Shown here piece after piece: positions 9,741 to 20,832 of a DNA stretch of 64,000 nt. The first letter of the stretch is position 1, and each line of letters opens with the position of its first letter. Source of the DNA: Alphaproteobacteria bacterium (GTDB taxonomy: Bacteria; Pseudomonadota; Alphaproteobacteria; CBDDJK01); the NCBI GenBank assembly GCA_965229675.1, contig OZ245897.1, forward strand, positions 1,046,092 to 1,110,091. Direction: 5' to 3'. The translations under genes were made by a program, and so were the position numbers. The notes below the pieces were generated by a model. The model saw only the letters and a program-made list of their open reading frames with translations. It was not told where the DNA came from and did not search any database.

Positions 9741-11131
9741 CCACCCGAATTTAAAGATTCAGCCAATAAAAAGGCAAGTTCAATCGCCTGTTGACCATTT
9801 AAGCGTGGATCACACAAGGTTTCATAACCTGCGCCAAGCAAATCTTCATCGCTTACCTGATGCGCCCCACCAATACATTCTTGAACATCAAGGCCAGTCA
9901 ATTCAAAATGAACGCCACCTGGATGCGTGCCATGTTCACGATGAATCTGAATGAATTGACGTGTTTCTGATAAAATAGCATCAAATGGGCGGGTTTTACG
10001 ACCAGACTGGCTACTGATTGTATTTCCATGCATCGGATCACAAGACCAAACAACCGCCGCCCCCATGCCTTGCACTTGTTTAATTAAAGCAGGCAATCCA
10101 TTTGCAATTTTATCATGCCCCATACGAATGATCAGGGTAATTCGACCTGCACGGTTATTAGGATTCAAGGTTTCAAGCAGACGCGCTAAATCCTCTGGTT
10201 TAGTGGTTGGACCACATTTAATTCCAATTGGGTTCATAAGCCCACGCAAAAATTCAACATGTGCGCCATCTGGATCGCGTGTGCGCTCTCCAATCCATAA
10301 GAAATGGGCTGAACAGCCATAATAGCCGCCGCCGCCAATTTGATCTTGACGAACAAGCGGGGTTTCATATTCCAATAATAACGCTTCATGAGATGTATAA
10401 AAATCAACCTCGCTTAAAGGCAATGTGGTTTCGGGCGTTACCCCGCATGCTTTCATAAATTTAAGGGTTTGTTCAATCTGCCCTGCTAATGCTTCATAGC
10501 GTTGCCCTTGCGGACTATTTGCGACAAAATCAAGATTCCATTGATGAATATGATTGAGTGAGGCAAGACCGCCACGCGAAAATGCCCGCAATAAATTTAA
10601 AGTGGAAGCAGATTGATGGTAAGCCGCCAACATCCGATTAGGATCAGGCCGTCTTGCTTCTGCTTCAAATATATGATCATTGACGATATCGCCGCGAAAA
10701 CTAGGAAGGGAAATGCCATCTTTTTCTTCTGTATCGGAAGAACGCGGCTTGGCAAATTGCCCCGCCAAACGTCCAACTTTAACCACAGGCAAACCGCTTG
10801 CAAAGGTGAGTACAACCGCCATTTGTAATAATACTTTAAATGTATCACGAATGCTATTTGCCGAAAAAGCTTCAAAACTTTCTGCACAATCACCACCTTG
10901 TAATAGCAAGGCTTCCCCTCGACAAACGCTAGCAAGCGATTCGGTTAATTGATCTGCTTCTAAGGCGAAAATAAGTGGGGGTTGCTTTGCTAATTTATCA
11001 CTAACAGCTGCAAGTTTGGACGCATCTTCATAAACAGGCATTTGCAAGGCTTTATGTTGACGCCAGCTATCAGGTGTCCAGCCTTGTGCAAATTTAGGGG
11101 CAAGCCGTACCGATTGATTCATATTATTCAT
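9737..11131 (-). CDS. 3-deoxy-D-arabino-heptulosonate-7-phosphate synthase, class II
   Basis: 464 aa, the class II size. The class II signature KPRS is present in GQFAKPRSSD. It overlaps the accD stop, so the two are co-transcribed. Confidence 0.8.
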   Translation of the reverse strand: MNNMNQSVRLAPKFAQGWTPDSWRQHKALQMPVYEDASKLAAVSDKLAKQPPLIFALEADQLTESLASVCRGEALLLQGGDCAESFEAFSANSIRDTFKVLLQMAVVLTFASGLPVVKVGRLAGQFAKPRSSDTEEKDGISLPSFRGDIVNDHIFEAEARRPDPNRMLAAYHQSASTLNLLRAFSRGGLASLNHIHQWNLDFVANSPQGQRYEALAGQIEQTLKFMKACGVTPETTLPLSEVDFYTSHEALLLEYETPLVRQDQIGGGGYYGCSAHFLWIGERTRDPDGAHVEFLRGLMNPIGIKCGPTTKPEDLARLLETLNPNNRAGRITLIIRMGHDKIANGLPALIKQVQGMGAAVVWSCDPMHGNTISSQSGRKTRPFDAILSETRQFIQIHREHGTHPGGVHFELTGLDVQECIGGAHQVSDEDLLGAGYETLCDPRLNGQQAIELAFLLAESLNSGG

Positions 11132-11987
11132 TTTTCTCTGCCTTATTCATCAATAAATCAAGAAAATTACCAATCACTTGTTTTTGTTGTGGACGGGCAA
11201 CAACTTGATCAATCATGCCATGTTCATGCAAATATTCAGCCGTTTGAAACCCTTCAGGCAAAGTTTCGCGTACGGTTTGTTCAATAACCCGCCGCCCTGC
11301 AAAGCCAATTGTTGCACCCGGTTCAGCAAGATGCACGTCACCAACCATTGCAAAGCTTGCGCTAATCCCCCCCGTGGTTGGATCAGTTAATAGCACAATA
11401 TAAGGTAATTTAGCACGCCTAACCCGTTCAACTGCTATTAAAGTACGGGGCAGCTGCATAAGGGATAAAATCCCCTCTTGCATTCTAGCACCCCCTGAAG
11501 CTGGAATCGCAATAAACCCTGCTTTTTCCTTTACAGCCAATTCTGCGGCATGGACAAAGTTCTCCCCCACAGCCATACCCATTGACCCGCCTTGAAATTC
11601 AAAATCAAATAAAGCCAAAACCGCTTTTTTTGCATTTATTGTGCCTTTAACAATTAATAATGCATCGGGGCGTTTTGTTTTAGCCTGCGCTTCTTTCAAA
11701 CGATCACTATAGCGTTTACGATCTTTAAATTTTAAGGGGTCTTGTAGGACAGTTGGCGGGGTAATATATTGCCAACCCTCGTCAAACAAAAGGTCTATTC
11801 GTGCCTCAACAGGAAGTTTCAAATGATAACCACATTCAGAACAAATGTAATTTTGTGCAGTTAAATCGCGATGAAAAAGGGTGGCACCGCACCCGGGGCA
11901 TTTATGCCAAAGATTATCAGGAACTTCAGTCTTTTTACCAACCAAATCCTTAAGGCGTGGTTTAACAATATCTGTAATCCAATTCAT
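11124..11987 (-). CDS. accD: Acetyl-CoA carboxylase carboxyltransferase beta subunit
   Basis: N-terminal Zn-ribbon CPGCGATLF...CSECGYH and the carboxyltransferase domain. Classic position after trpA. Confidence 0.85.
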   Translation of the reverse strand: MNWITDIVKPRLKDLVGKKTEVPDNLWHKCPGCGATLFHRDLTAQNYICSECGYHLKLPVEARIDLLFDEGWQYITPPTVLQDPLKFKDRKRYSDRLKEAQAKTKRPDALLIVKGTINAKKAVLALFDFEFQGGSMGMAVGENFVHAAELAVKEKAGFIAIPASGGARMQEGILSLMQLPRTLIAVERVRRAKLPYIVLLTDPTTGGISASFAMVGDVHLAEPGATIGFAGRRVIEQTVRETLPEGFQTAEYLHEHGMIDQVVARPQQKQVIGNFLDLLMNKAEKNE

Positions 11988-11996
11988 TTTAAACGC

Positions 11997-12830
11997 TTAA
12001 GCCCCCGTTTTCGTTTCAATTCGTGCGTTTTTACTTGCCGCACTTAAGGATTGCATCTGTTCTATAACGGCAGGCACAACGGCCTTATTTTCTTCTATTG
12101 CCACAGAAACCGCTTCCACCAATGCAGAACCAACAACAACTGCATCGGCAAACCGTGCTACCGCTTCAACATGCTTGGGCGTTTTGATGCCAAAGCCAAC
12201 GACAACTGGCAAATTAGTATTTTGTTTAATTACATTTATGGCCTGATTTACAGGGTCTGTATTAATCTCTTTAGAGCCAGTAATCCCCGTCATCGAAACA
12301 TAATATAAAAAGCCACTGGCTGATTTTAGGATTTTATCCAAACGCTTTTGATCGCTGGTTGGGGTTAGCAAACGGATAAAATCAATATCCGCTTCACGTG
12401 CGGGATGATATAATTCTTGATCTTCTTCTGGTGGCAGATCGACAATGATCAGCCCATCGACACCAACCTCTTTACAACGTGTTAAAAAGGCCTCTGCGCC
12501 AAAGCGATAAATTGGATTATAATAGCCCATTAAAATAATCGGTGTGTCTTGATTATCTTCCCTAAATTCGGCAACCATATCCAAGGTTGCTTGCAAGGTT
12601 TGCCCTGCCTTCAAGGCGCGTAAGGAGGCGGCTTGAATCGTAGGGCCATCTGCCATAGGATCGGTAAATGGCATTCCCAGTTCAATCAAATCTGCCCCTG
12701 CTTCAGGCAAAGCTTTAAGCAAACGCAGGCTAGTATTATAATCTGGATCACCTGCGGTAATAAAGGGGATGAAGCCTGCTTGGTTTTGTGCTTTTAAGCG
12801 TGAAAAGACAGTTTGAATACGCGAAGTCAT
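11997..12830 (-). CDS. trpA: Tryptophan synthase alpha chain
   Basis: 277 aa TIM-barrel TrpA ([25 protein letters not shown]). The start overlaps the trpB stop. Confidence 0.85.
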   Translation of the reverse strand: MTSRIQTVFSRLKAQNQAGFIPFITAGDPDYNTSLRLLKALPEAGADLIELGMPFTDPMADGPTIQAASLRALKAGQTLQATLDMVAEFREDNQDTPIILMGYYNPIYRFGAEAFLTRCKEVGVDGLIIVDLPPEEDQELYHPAREADIDFIRLLTPTSDQKRLDKILKSASGFLYYVSMTGITGSKEINTDPVNQAINVIKQNTNLPVVVGFGIKTPKHVEAVARFADAVVVGSALVEAVSVAIEENKAVVPAVIEQMQSLSAASKNARIETKTGA

Positions 12831-14035
12831 AAGGACACTCCAAGCATTTCAGCAACTGTAAACACATCCTTATCACCACGCCCACACATATTCATCACCA
12901 CAATCTTATCCTTATCCATATTTGGAATAATTTTGCCAACATGCGCTAATGCATGAGAAGGTTCAAGTGCAGGTAATATCCCTTCTTGTTTTGCGCAGAG
13001 CTGAAATGCCTCCAATGCTTCATCATCGCGGGCGGCCACATATTCAACGCGCTTTAAATCATGCAACCATGCGTGTTCAGGGCCAATCCCTGGATAATCA
13101 AGCCCTGCTGAGATGGAGTGTGCCTCGATAATCTGACCGTCTTCATCTTGCAAAAGGCTGGTGCGATTGCCATGCAATACCCCAGGACTTCCTTTAAGGA
13201 GGGAGGCCGCATGTTCATCCGTATCCAAGCCTTTTCCCGCCGCTTCAACGCCAATCAAATGCACCGATTCATCATCCAAAAATGGATGAAATAATCCCAT
13301 TGCATTCGATCCCCCACCAATGCACGCAACCAAACAATCAGGTAAGCGTCCTTCCGCTTCCATAACCTGTTCTTTTGTTTCTTTACCGATCACCGATTGA
13401 AAATCCCGTACCATCATCGGATAAGGGTGCGGTCCTGCAACAGTGCCTATGATATAATAAGTATCCTCGACATTTGCGACCCATTCGCGCAAAGCTTCGT
13501 TCATTGCGTCTTTAAGCGTTGCTGAACCTGAATGGACTGGCACGACTTCTGCGCCCAATAGCTTCATACGAAAGACATTTGGCGATTGCCGTGCAACATC
13601 GCTTGCGCCCATAAATACCCTGCAAGGTACATCAAATAAAGCACAAACAGTTGCAACGGCTACCCCATGCTGCCCCGCCCCTGTTTCAGCAATAATTCGT
13701 CCTTTTCCCATGCGCCGCGCCAATAGGATTTGTCCAAGCACATTATTGATCTTGTGGCTACCTGTATGGTTAAGCTCATCCCGCTTGAAATAAAGTTTTG
13801 CGCCACCATAATAATGGGTAAGCCGTTCCGCAAAATAAAGCGGACTTGGCCGCCCTGAATAATGGCGATTATAATAAGCAACCTCCTTGGCAAAATCGGG
13901 ATCGTTACGCGCAGCTTTATAAGCGTCCTCAACTTCAAGGATTAACGGCATCAGCGTTTCGGCAACGAATCTGCCACCGAACATGCCAAATTTACCTGTT
14001 TCATCAGGCCCCATCTTATAGGAATTATGTAACAT
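12827..14035 (-). CDS. trpB: Tryptophan synthase beta chain
   Basis: PLP enzyme with HTGSHKINN (PLP-Lys) and GGGSNAMG motifs. 402 aa. Confidence 0.9.
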   Translation of the reverse strand: MLHNSYKMGPDETGKFGMFGGRFVAETLMPLILEVEDAYKAARNDPDFAKEVAYYNRHYSGRPSPLYFAERLTHYYGGAKLYFKRDELNHTGSHKINNVLGQILLARRMGKGRIIAETGAGQHGVAVATVCALFDVPCRVFMGASDVARQSPNVFRMKLLGAEVVPVHSGSATLKDAMNEALREWVANVEDTYYIIGTVAGPHPYPMMVRDFQSVIGKETKEQVMEAEGRLPDCLVACIGGGSNAMGLFHPFLDDESVHLIGVEAAGKGLDTDEHAASLLKGSPGVLHGNRTSLLQDEDGQIIEAHSISAGLDYPGIGPEHAWLHDLKRVEYVAARDDEALEAFQLCAKQEGILPALEPSHALAHVGKIIPNMDKDKIVVMNMCGRGDKDVFTVAEMLGVSL

Positions 14036-14059
14036 CTTGGCTTTTACTCCCGCCCTTAT

Positions 14060-14100
14060 TTTTTAAGAAAAAAGCACCGCATCTTATGATGCGGTGCCTT
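14060..14100 (-). terminator. Rho-independent terminator downstream of the substrate-binding-protein gene
   Basis: Perfect 10-bp stem GCACCGCATC/GATGCGGTGC (14074-14083 and 14088-14097) with a 4-nt loop, followed on the minus strand by a T-run. Confidence 0.55.
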
Positions 14101-14125
14101 ATTCTTAGGTAAAATAAAGATTAGC

Positions 14126-15361
14126 TTAGCGAAGGGTTTCAACCTTTGTTAAGGTGCCATCTTTAACAAGATTCACACTATAAACACCAGATACATCACC
14201 AACTGAGTCAAAATCAAGTGACCCGCTAGCCCCTTCATAATTAATATCTTTGCCTGCTTTTAATAAGGCAACTGCCTTATCCCATTCACCAGGGCGAACA
14301 ACTTCACCAGGCGCAGAGGCAACTTTACGCAATGCTTCGGATAATCCTTGACGGCTATCTGAACCATTTGCTTCAATCGCAAGAGCTGCCAAATACATTG
14401 CATCAAAACTGGAAGCAACATAAGGACCATCTGGCGTGACTTCCTTATCAGCAGCTTCAATCATTTGTGCAAAATTACGATAAGAATCATTATCTGTTTC
14501 CACCGTGTTGGTTGTCCACCAGCTATTGCCCGTCAGGTTCGCAGCACCAATTTCATCAACCATTGCTTGGGCGGCCATGCCATCTGCGCCAACATAGCGT
14601 ACAAATAATCCATTTTCCAATGATTGCCGCAGTAATACATTACCACCAGCATTGTAATAAGAGAAAATTACCAGCGTATCTGCACCGCTTCTTGCTAAGG
14701 TTGCAAGCTCAGAACGATAGGAATTTTTTTCAGGCTCATGTACCTGATCACCAGAAATCGTTCCGCCACCTTTGGTAAATTCTGTACGAAATACATTTGC
14801 AATCCCGACATTATAATCATCATTGGCAAAGGTTAGCGCAACATTATCCATCCCCATCCCTAGGATATAGCTTGCGATTGCAGCCCCTTGGAACGCATCA
14901 GAAGGCGCAGTACGATATAATAGATCATTATCATCCATTGAGGTAATGGCAGGGGATGATGCCGATGGTGAAACCATAACGGTTCCAGAAGTAATCGAAG
15001 CATTTTCAGCCGCCGCAATCGTAGCCCCTGAACAAACTGGACCAACGATCATGCTAACCAATTCAAGGCTAATTAGCTTTTCAACTGCGTCAACAGCAGG
15101 TTGTGGGGAGCATTGACTATCAACCAATGGCGCAACCAAATCTTGACCCAATACCCCACCTTTGGAATTAATATCATTAATTGCAATTTGTGCGGCTTCA
15201 ACCATGGGGGCAACCAGTGAAGGAATCGGTCCCGTGACCGCCATCGCAACACCAACTTTAACTTCCGCTTCAGCAGAGTTTGTCATAAACGACAATCCAG
15301 CAACCGCTGAAAGCCCGAAAGCAATTTTTGTCATTGAGGATTTTAATAATCCATATTTCAT
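14126..15361 (-). CDS. ABC transporter periplasmic substrate-binding protein, branched-chain amino acid (LivJ/LivK-like) family; orphan
   Basis: 411 aa with an N-terminal signal peptide (MKYGLLKSSMTKIAFGLSAVAGLSFMTNSAEA) and a type I periplasmic-binding fold pattern. No permease or ATPase genes are adjacent. Confidence 0.65.
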   Translation of the reverse strand: MKYGLLKSSMTKIAFGLSAVAGLSFMTNSAEAEVKVGVAMAVTGPIPSLVAPMVEAAQIAINDINSKGGVLGQDLVAPLVDSQCSPQPAVDAVEKLISLELVSMIVGPVCSGATIAAAENASITSGTVMVSPSASSPAITSMDDNDLLYRTAPSDAFQGAAIASYILGMGMDNVALTFANDDYNVGIANVFRTEFTKGGGTISGDQVHEPEKNSYRSELATLARSGADTLVIFSYYNAGGNVLLRQSLENGLFVRYVGADGMAAQAMVDEIGAANLTGNSWWTTNTVETDNDSYRNFAQMIEAADKEVTPDGPYVASSFDAMYLAALAIEANGSDSRQGLSEALRKVASAPGEVVRPGEWDKAVALLKAGKDINYEGASGSLDFDSVGDVSGVYSVNLVKDGTLTKVETLR

Positions 15362-15510
15362 TATAACCTCCTAAATGGTAAATGTAGAATAAATAATTTT
15401 CCGCAATTACATTACTAAGAGGAAACCAGTTTGACAACATTAAAATATCCCTTTGAAATAAGGGGGGGATAAATTAAATGATGATCTAACCATTTGATTA
15501 AGAGGGGTTC

Positions 15511-16869
15511 ATGCGAAGATTATTGATTATCATTGCCTTTATGCTGGCTAATATGCATACGGCGCAGGCAGGCATTTTTAATGCAAAGGTTAAAATCCTT
15601 GATAATGGATTAGAGGTAATTGTTGTTGAAAATCACCGTGCGCCTGTGGTTAGTCAGCATTTGTTTTATAAAGTAGGTGGAATGGATGATCCACCTGGAA
15701 AATCGGGGATAGCGCATCTGCTTGAACATATGATGTTTAAAGGGACGTCATTAATCCCAGAGGGTGAATTTTCAGCCACTGTTTCAAAATTGGGTGGGCA
15801 GGATAACGCCTTTACCTCCCCCGATGTTACGGCTTATTATCAGCAAATTCCTGCAAGACATATTGTACGTATGATGGAAATGGAAGCAGACCGCATGCGG
15901 AATCTTGCCTTTGACACGCCAAATTTTGCGCAATCTTTTTTAAGTGAGCGCGATGTTGTGATTGAAGAGCGCACCCAACGAACCGATAATAACCCGCTTG
16001 CGCGATTGCGTGAACAGGTAAGCCCTGCTTTTTATCAAAGCCACCCTTATCGCAATCCCATCATTGGTTGGTTGGAAGAATTAGAACGGCTAACCTTAGA
16101 AGACGCAAAAGCGTTTTATGATCATTACTATCACCCTAATAACGCTTTGCTAATCATTGTTGGTGATGTGAAATCAGAAGAAATTTTTAAATTAGCCGAA
16201 AAAATTTATGGGAAAATCCCGCGCAAGCCAACAATCATAAGACCTGAATATGCGCGTGCCATTCCAACCGTAACCGCCGAATTAACCATGGTAGATCCCT
16301 TGATTCAAGTGCCATCATGGCAGATGTTATTACCCGCCCCTACTTATGGTTGGACCGCGATTGAGGCGATACCCGACTTGATAGCGTTGGAGATTGGGAT
16401 TGAAGCGATTGCTAGCGGCAATTCCAGTCCACTTTATGTTCGGCTTGCAATTGAAGAGAAAAAAATGGTTTCTGTTGGCGGCTATAGTTTTTTGCAACGG
16501 CGTGGCCCTGGACAAATAGGGTTTTATTTCACTCCTGCTGATGGTGTATCCATGGACGAAGCAGAACAAGCGTTTCATACTGCGCTTGAAGAAAGTCTTG
16601 AAACTGCCCTTACACCCCAACGCATTCAAATCATAAAAAATCGTATGATTGACCGCACCGAATATATTACAGACTCTTTAACTGAACCAGCGCAATGGAT
16701 TGCCACTATGCGCTTGCTTGGTATTCCACTTGATCTGTTAGAACAATGGACAGATGGGATCGAAGCGATTGCTCCTGATCATGTAAAAACCGTGATAAAA
16801 CGCTATTTAAACCAATCTGGACGCATCATTTCCCGTGGTCTTCCAGAAGCACAAGCAACAACCAATTAA
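15511..16869 (+). CDS. M16-family zinc metallopeptidase (pitrilysin-like), catalytic subunit
   Basis: Signal peptide, then the inverted zinc motif HLLEHMMFKGT (HxxEH). 452 aa. Confidence 0.8.
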   Translation: MRRLLIIIAFMLANMHTAQAGIFNAKVKILDNGLEVIVVENHRAPVVSQHLFYKVGGMDDPPGKSGIAHLLEHMMFKGTSLIPEGEFSATVSKLGGQDNAFTSPDVTAYYQQIPARHIVRMMEMEADRMRNLAFDTPNFAQSFLSERDVVIEERTQRTDNNPLARLREQVSPAFYQSHPYRNPIIGWLEELERLTLEDAKAFYDHYYHPNNALLIIVGDVKSEEIFKLAEKIYGKIPRKPTIIRPEYARAIPTVTAELTMVDPLIQVPSWQMLLPAPTYGWTAIEAIPDLIALEIGIEAIASGNSSPLYVRLAIEEKKMVSVGGYSFLQRRGPGQIGFYFTPADGVSMDEAEQAFHTALEESLETALTPQRIQIIKNRMIDRTEYITDSLTEPAQWIATMRLLGIPLDLLEQWTDGIEAIAPDHVKTVIKRYLNQSGRIISRGLPEAQATTN

Positions 16870-16882
16870 TTTAGGAAACGAT

Positions 16883-18205
16883 ATGATCAGGATGATTATC
16901 CCGCTTAAAATAATCTTATTTATTTTTTGTGCTTTGATTCTTTTTCATACATCGCCTGTTCATGCTTGGCAGCAGATTGAGGAATTTATCAGTGCGTCTG
17001 GTTTGAAAGCATGGATGATCCGTGATCCCAATGTAAAAGTAACGGCGATCCATTTTATATTTGCTGGTTCTGGTAGTCGCCAAGATACGCAAGGGCATGA
17101 AGGTTTAGCCAATATGGTGAGTGGTTTGTTGGATGAGGGGGCAGGAGAACGCGATAGCCAAAATGTACGTGAATTGCTGGAAAATCATTCAATTTCAATG
17201 ACTTTTTCAGCAAGTCGCGATCATTTTTCTGGTAAATTGGTAAGCTTGGAACGGCATTTGGAATTAGGTGCCTCTCTTTTAAAGGATGCGTTGGACACCC
17301 CACGCTTTGACGCAGAGCCGATTGCACGGATTAAGGGGCAAATTTTAACCAGTATTCGTTATGACCAAACCAAGCCAAACAGTCTTGCCTATCAAAAATT
17401 GCATGAGGTTGTCTTTGATGATCATCCTTACGCGCGCCCTGTGGAAGGAACCGAGGCAAGCGTTCAGTCCATTAAAAAACAAGCTTTAACCCAATTTGTT
17501 AAACATAATCTGGTACGCTCCAGATTATTTATTGGCATTAGTGGCCCTATTTCTAAGGAAGCGGCCAGTCAATTAATTGATTCTATATTCGCACCTTTGC
17601 CAGAAGGCGAACCTGTTAAACCACAATTTTTTCCCCCTAATTTAGACAATATAAACCATCATGTTCAGCTTGAAGTGCCGCAAAGTTCGGTTTTATTTGC
17701 ATTGCCTGGGGTGCCTTATGATGATCCAGATTATTTTGATGCCATCGTTTTGAATTATCTGTTGGGGGGCGGTTCGTTTGAATCGTTAATGATGCAAGAA
17801 ATACGCAAAAAGCGCGGGCTTGCTTACAGCACCTATAGTTTTCCTTATCCTTTAATGGAGTCTGCGATTATGGTGGGTAGCCTTGCAACCCGTAATTCTA
17901 ATGTCGCAGAAGCCCAAACAATTACGGAAGCGATATTGAAACAATTACGCGAAGAACCTATATCTGAAAAGAAGCTAGTGGCGGCAAAATCCTATTTGAT
18001 TGATTCTTATGTATTGGATATGGTTTCTGCTGAGTCCATTGCATCAAGGCTTGCTAATTTGCAGCGACTTGGCTTCCCAGTTGATTATTTGGCAACGCGC
18101 CCACAGCGTTTTGATCGCGTAACACAAAATTCGCTTCTTCGTCTTGCCAATCGTTTATTTAAGCCTGATCAGCTAACTTGGATCACGGTAGGCAATAAAG
18201 AATAA
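16883..18205 (+). CDS. M16-family peptidase, probable non-catalytic partner subunit
   Basis: Same fold and length class as the upstream gene but without an HxxEH motif. A signal peptide is present. I prefer the ATG at 16883, which has an AGGAA RBS 7 nt upstream, over the GTG at 16835 that overlaps the upstream gene. Confidence 0.7.
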   Translation: MIRMIIPLKIILFIFCALILFHTSPVHAWQQIEEFISASGLKAWMIRDPNVKVTAIHFIFAGSGSRQDTQGHEGLANMVSGLLDEGAGERDSQNVRELLENHSISMTFSASRDHFSGKLVSLERHLELGASLLKDALDTPRFDAEPIARIKGQILTSIRYDQTKPNSLAYQKLHEVVFDDHPYARPVEGTEASVQSIKKQALTQFVKHNLVRSRLFIGISGPISKEAASQLIDSIFAPLPEGEPVKPQFFPPNLDNINHHVQLEVPQSSVLFALPGVPYDDPDYFDAIVLNYLLGGGSFESLMMQEIRKKRGLAYSTYSFPYPLMESAIMVGSLATRNSNVAEAQTITEAILKQLREEPISEKKLVAAKSYLIDSYVLDMVSAESIASRLANLQRLGFPVDYLATRPQRFDRVTQNSLLRLANRLFKPDQLTWITVGNKE

Positions 18206-18279
18206 TCACTTGCTTTTTGCCGTGAATTAAGATAATTGAAACGGCTTTTTAAATACCTTATTCTTCTAAACTTAATGAA

Positions 18280-20373
18280 ATGAATCGCATGAATAATTCT
18301 GCAAAAGACAGCAAAACAAATACAGCTGAGCAATCCTCCGCCAAGCAGGAAGCACCCAAACAAGGAACAACAAGTGAAACTGAAGAATCCAAACGTGATT
18401 TTTCTGGCTTGCGGGCGGCGTTTGATAAATTGCTGAAACGGGGCAAAGACCGTGGCTATATTACATTTGATGAATTAAACCAAAACTTGCCCGAAGATAA
18501 ACTTTCGTCTGAACAGATTGAAGATACGATCACCCGCTTGAACGAGATGGGAATTTCTGTGGTCGAAAATGAAGAAGAAGAGACATCGGAAAAGGATGAT
18601 GGTACCGAGGATGAACCAGATGCCGTTGGCTTAACTGGTGATCAAGAGGCCGATGAAGTTACCGAAACCAAGGATGTAGGGCGCACGGATGATCCTGTTC
18701 GGATGTATTTACGTGATATGGGGGCAGTTGAACTGCTAACCCGCGAAGGCGAAATCGCAATTGCCAAACGCATTGAATATGGTCGGGAAGATATGATTTG
18801 CGCCCTTTGTGAAAGTCCTCTTACGATGCGTAAAATTGCTGAGTGGCATGACCAGCTTGTTGAAGGTACCTTATTATTACGTGATGTGATTGATCTTGAT
18901 GCAACCATGAATGCAGGGCCTTCCTTTGAAGATGAAGAAGAGGGAGAAGAAACAGAAGAAGGAGCCGAAGAAACACTTGTGGCTAAGGCACAAGATGCAA
19001 AACGATCCGCATTGCAAGCGGGCGATTCCAATCCTGATTTAAAATCGGATCAAGAAGATGATACGTTTGATGAAGATTCTGAAGAATTGGATGAAGATGG
19101 TTTTAATAATATGTCAATGGCGGCGATGGAAAATGTCTTAAAAGTTTCGGTGCTTGAGATGTTTGAAAATATTGCTGACACTTATAAAAAATTACAAAAA
19201 TCGCAAGAAAAACGAATTGCTGCCTTGCAAGCTGGTAAAAAAGTTGCGCCTGCGACCGAGCGTAGTTACCAGCGCAATCGCGATAGTTTGGTGCAGCTGA
19301 TGCAAGAAGTTAAATTGAATGATGCGCGCATTGAACAGCTGGTAGGGGAACTTTACACCATCAATAAAGACCTGCTTGGGCTTGAAGGTAAATTGATGCG
19401 TATGGCACTCGATTGCAAAATCTCCCGCGAGGATTTTTTAAAACATTATTATAATCGTGAACTTGATCCTAATTGGTTGGAACAAGTCTCTGGTCTATCT
19501 AAGGCTTGGGGTAAGTTTGCAACCAATAATGCAACTAAGATTGAAAAAGTTCGCACAGAAATTGCCGATCTTTCCGATCAAACACGCATGCCAATTGCTG
19601 AATTTCGTCGTATTTCTCAAGCTGTCCAGCAAGGAGAGCGAGATGCAAATGAAGCCAAGAAAGAAATGATTGAGGCAAATTTACGCCTAGTCATATCCAT
19701 TGCTAAGAAATATACCAATCGCGGCTTGCAATTCCTAGATTTGATTCAAGAGGGTAATATTGGCTTGATGAAAGCGGTTGATAAATTTGAATATCGCCGT
19801 GGGTATAAATTTTCAACCTATGCAACTTGGTGGATTCGCCAAGCCATTACGCGTTCCATCGCTGATCAAGCGCGAACCATCCGCATTCCAGTGCATATGA
19901 TTGAAACAATCAATAAGCTTGTCCGCACCAGTCGCATTATGCTGAATGAGATTGGACGGGAAGCCACGCCAGAGGAGTTAGCAACCCGCTTGCATATGCC
20001 CGTTGATAAGGTGCGTAAAGTGATGAAAATTGCCAAAGAGCCAATTTCACTTGAAACCCCAGTTGGGGATGAAGAGGATTCGCATCTTGGTGATTTTATT
20101 GAAGATCGTAATGCCTTGTTGCCATCCGATTCAGCGGCGCAATCTAATTTGCGGGAAACAACAACGCGGATTTTAGCGTCCTTAACTGCGCGCGAAGAAC
20201 GTGTATTGCGGATGCGATTCGGAATTGGGATGCAGTCAGATCATACATTGGAAGAAGTTGGACAACAATTTTCAGTTACCCGTGAGCGGATTCGCCAAAT
20301 TGAGGCCAAAGCGTTACGCAAATTAAAACATCCAACACGTTCACGTAAATTACGTAGCTTTCTTGATCATTAA
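18280..20373 (+). CDS. rpoD: RNA polymerase primary sigma factor sigma-70
   Basis: Regions 1.2-4.2 are all present, including [19 protein letters not shown] and the 4.2 [31 protein letters not shown] long acidic non-conserved region is typical of alphaproteobacteria. Confidence 0.95.
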   Translation: MNRMNNSAKDSKTNTAEQSSAKQEAPKQGTTSETEESKRDFSGLRAAFDKLLKRGKDRGYITFDELNQNLPEDKLSSEQIEDTITRLNEMGISVVENEEEETSEKDDGTEDEPDAVGLTGDQEADEVTETKDVGRTDDPVRMYLRDMGAVELLTREGEIAIAKRIEYGREDMICALCESPLTMRKIAEWHDQLVEGTLLLRDVIDLDATMNAGPSFEDEEEGEETEEGAEETLVAKAQDAKRSALQAGDSNPDLKSDQEDDTFDEDSEELDEDGFNNMSMAAMENVLKVSVLEMFENIADTYKKLQKSQEKRIAALQAGKKVAPATERSYQRNRDSLVQLMQEVKLNDARIEQLVGELYTINKDLLGLEGKLMRMALDCKISREDFLKHYYNRELDPNWLEQVSGLSKAWGKFATNNATKIEKVRTEIADLSDQTRMPIAEFRRISQAVQQGERDANEAKKEMIEANLRLVISIAKKYTNRGLQFLDLIQEGNIGLMKAVDKFEYRRGYKFSTYATWWIRQAITRSIADQARTIRIPVHMIETINKLVRTSRIMLNEIGREATPEELATRLHMPVDKVRKVMKIAKEPISLETPVGDEEDSHLGDFIEDRNALLPSDSAAQSNLRETTTRILASLTAREERVLRMRFGIGMQSDHTLEEVGQQFSVTRERIRQIEAKALRKLKHPTRSRKLRSFLDH

Positions 20374-20376
20374 ATC

Positions 20377-20832
20377 ATGATAACCCGCATTGGGGCTGAG
20401 ATTGCAACATTAGGGGTTGGTAAAAGCCCGATCGCCCCAGGCACAATGGGAAGCCTGCTTGGGTTTGTTCTTGCATTCTTATTGATGCCAAATTTATCCT
20501 TAATCCTAAACTGGGGGATAATTATTGGTGCGGCACTGATTGGCTGGTGGGCTGCCGATTGCTATCAAACTTATCATAAAAAGATTGATGCGCCCGAAGT
20601 GGTGATTGATGAATTATCTGGGTTGTGGCTTTGCTATGGTTTAATTGAATTAACCCCGATAATGATGATCGCTGGACTTATTTTGTTTCGGTTTTTTGAT
20701 ATTATTAAGCCTTGGCCGATTGGCTGGATTGATAAGCGATTGAAAAATCCGTTTGGCACGATGTTGGATGATTGGTTAGCAGGGCTTGCTTCTGCTGGTA
20801 CGCTTTTGCTTATTGAATTTTTATGGCTTTAA
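20377..20832 (+). CDS. pgpA: Phosphatidylglycerophosphatase A
   Basis: 151-aa membrane protein with the PgpA N-terminal motif GVGKSPIAPGTMGSL. Confidence 0.7.
   Translation: MITRIGAEIATLGVGKSPIAPGTMGSLLGFVLAFLLMPNLSLILNWGIIIGAALIGWWAADCYQTYHKKIDAPEVVIDELSGLWLCYGLIELTPIMMIAGLILFRFFDIIKPWPIGWIDKRLKNPFGTMLDDWLAGLASAGTLLLIEFLWL

Noticed and set aside
18642-19031. 129-aa Ser-rich ORF antisense within rpoD
   Set aside because: It lies inside the acidic non-conserved region of rpoD. It has no start-site context, and its low-complexity composition mirrors the Glu/Asp-rich sense strand.
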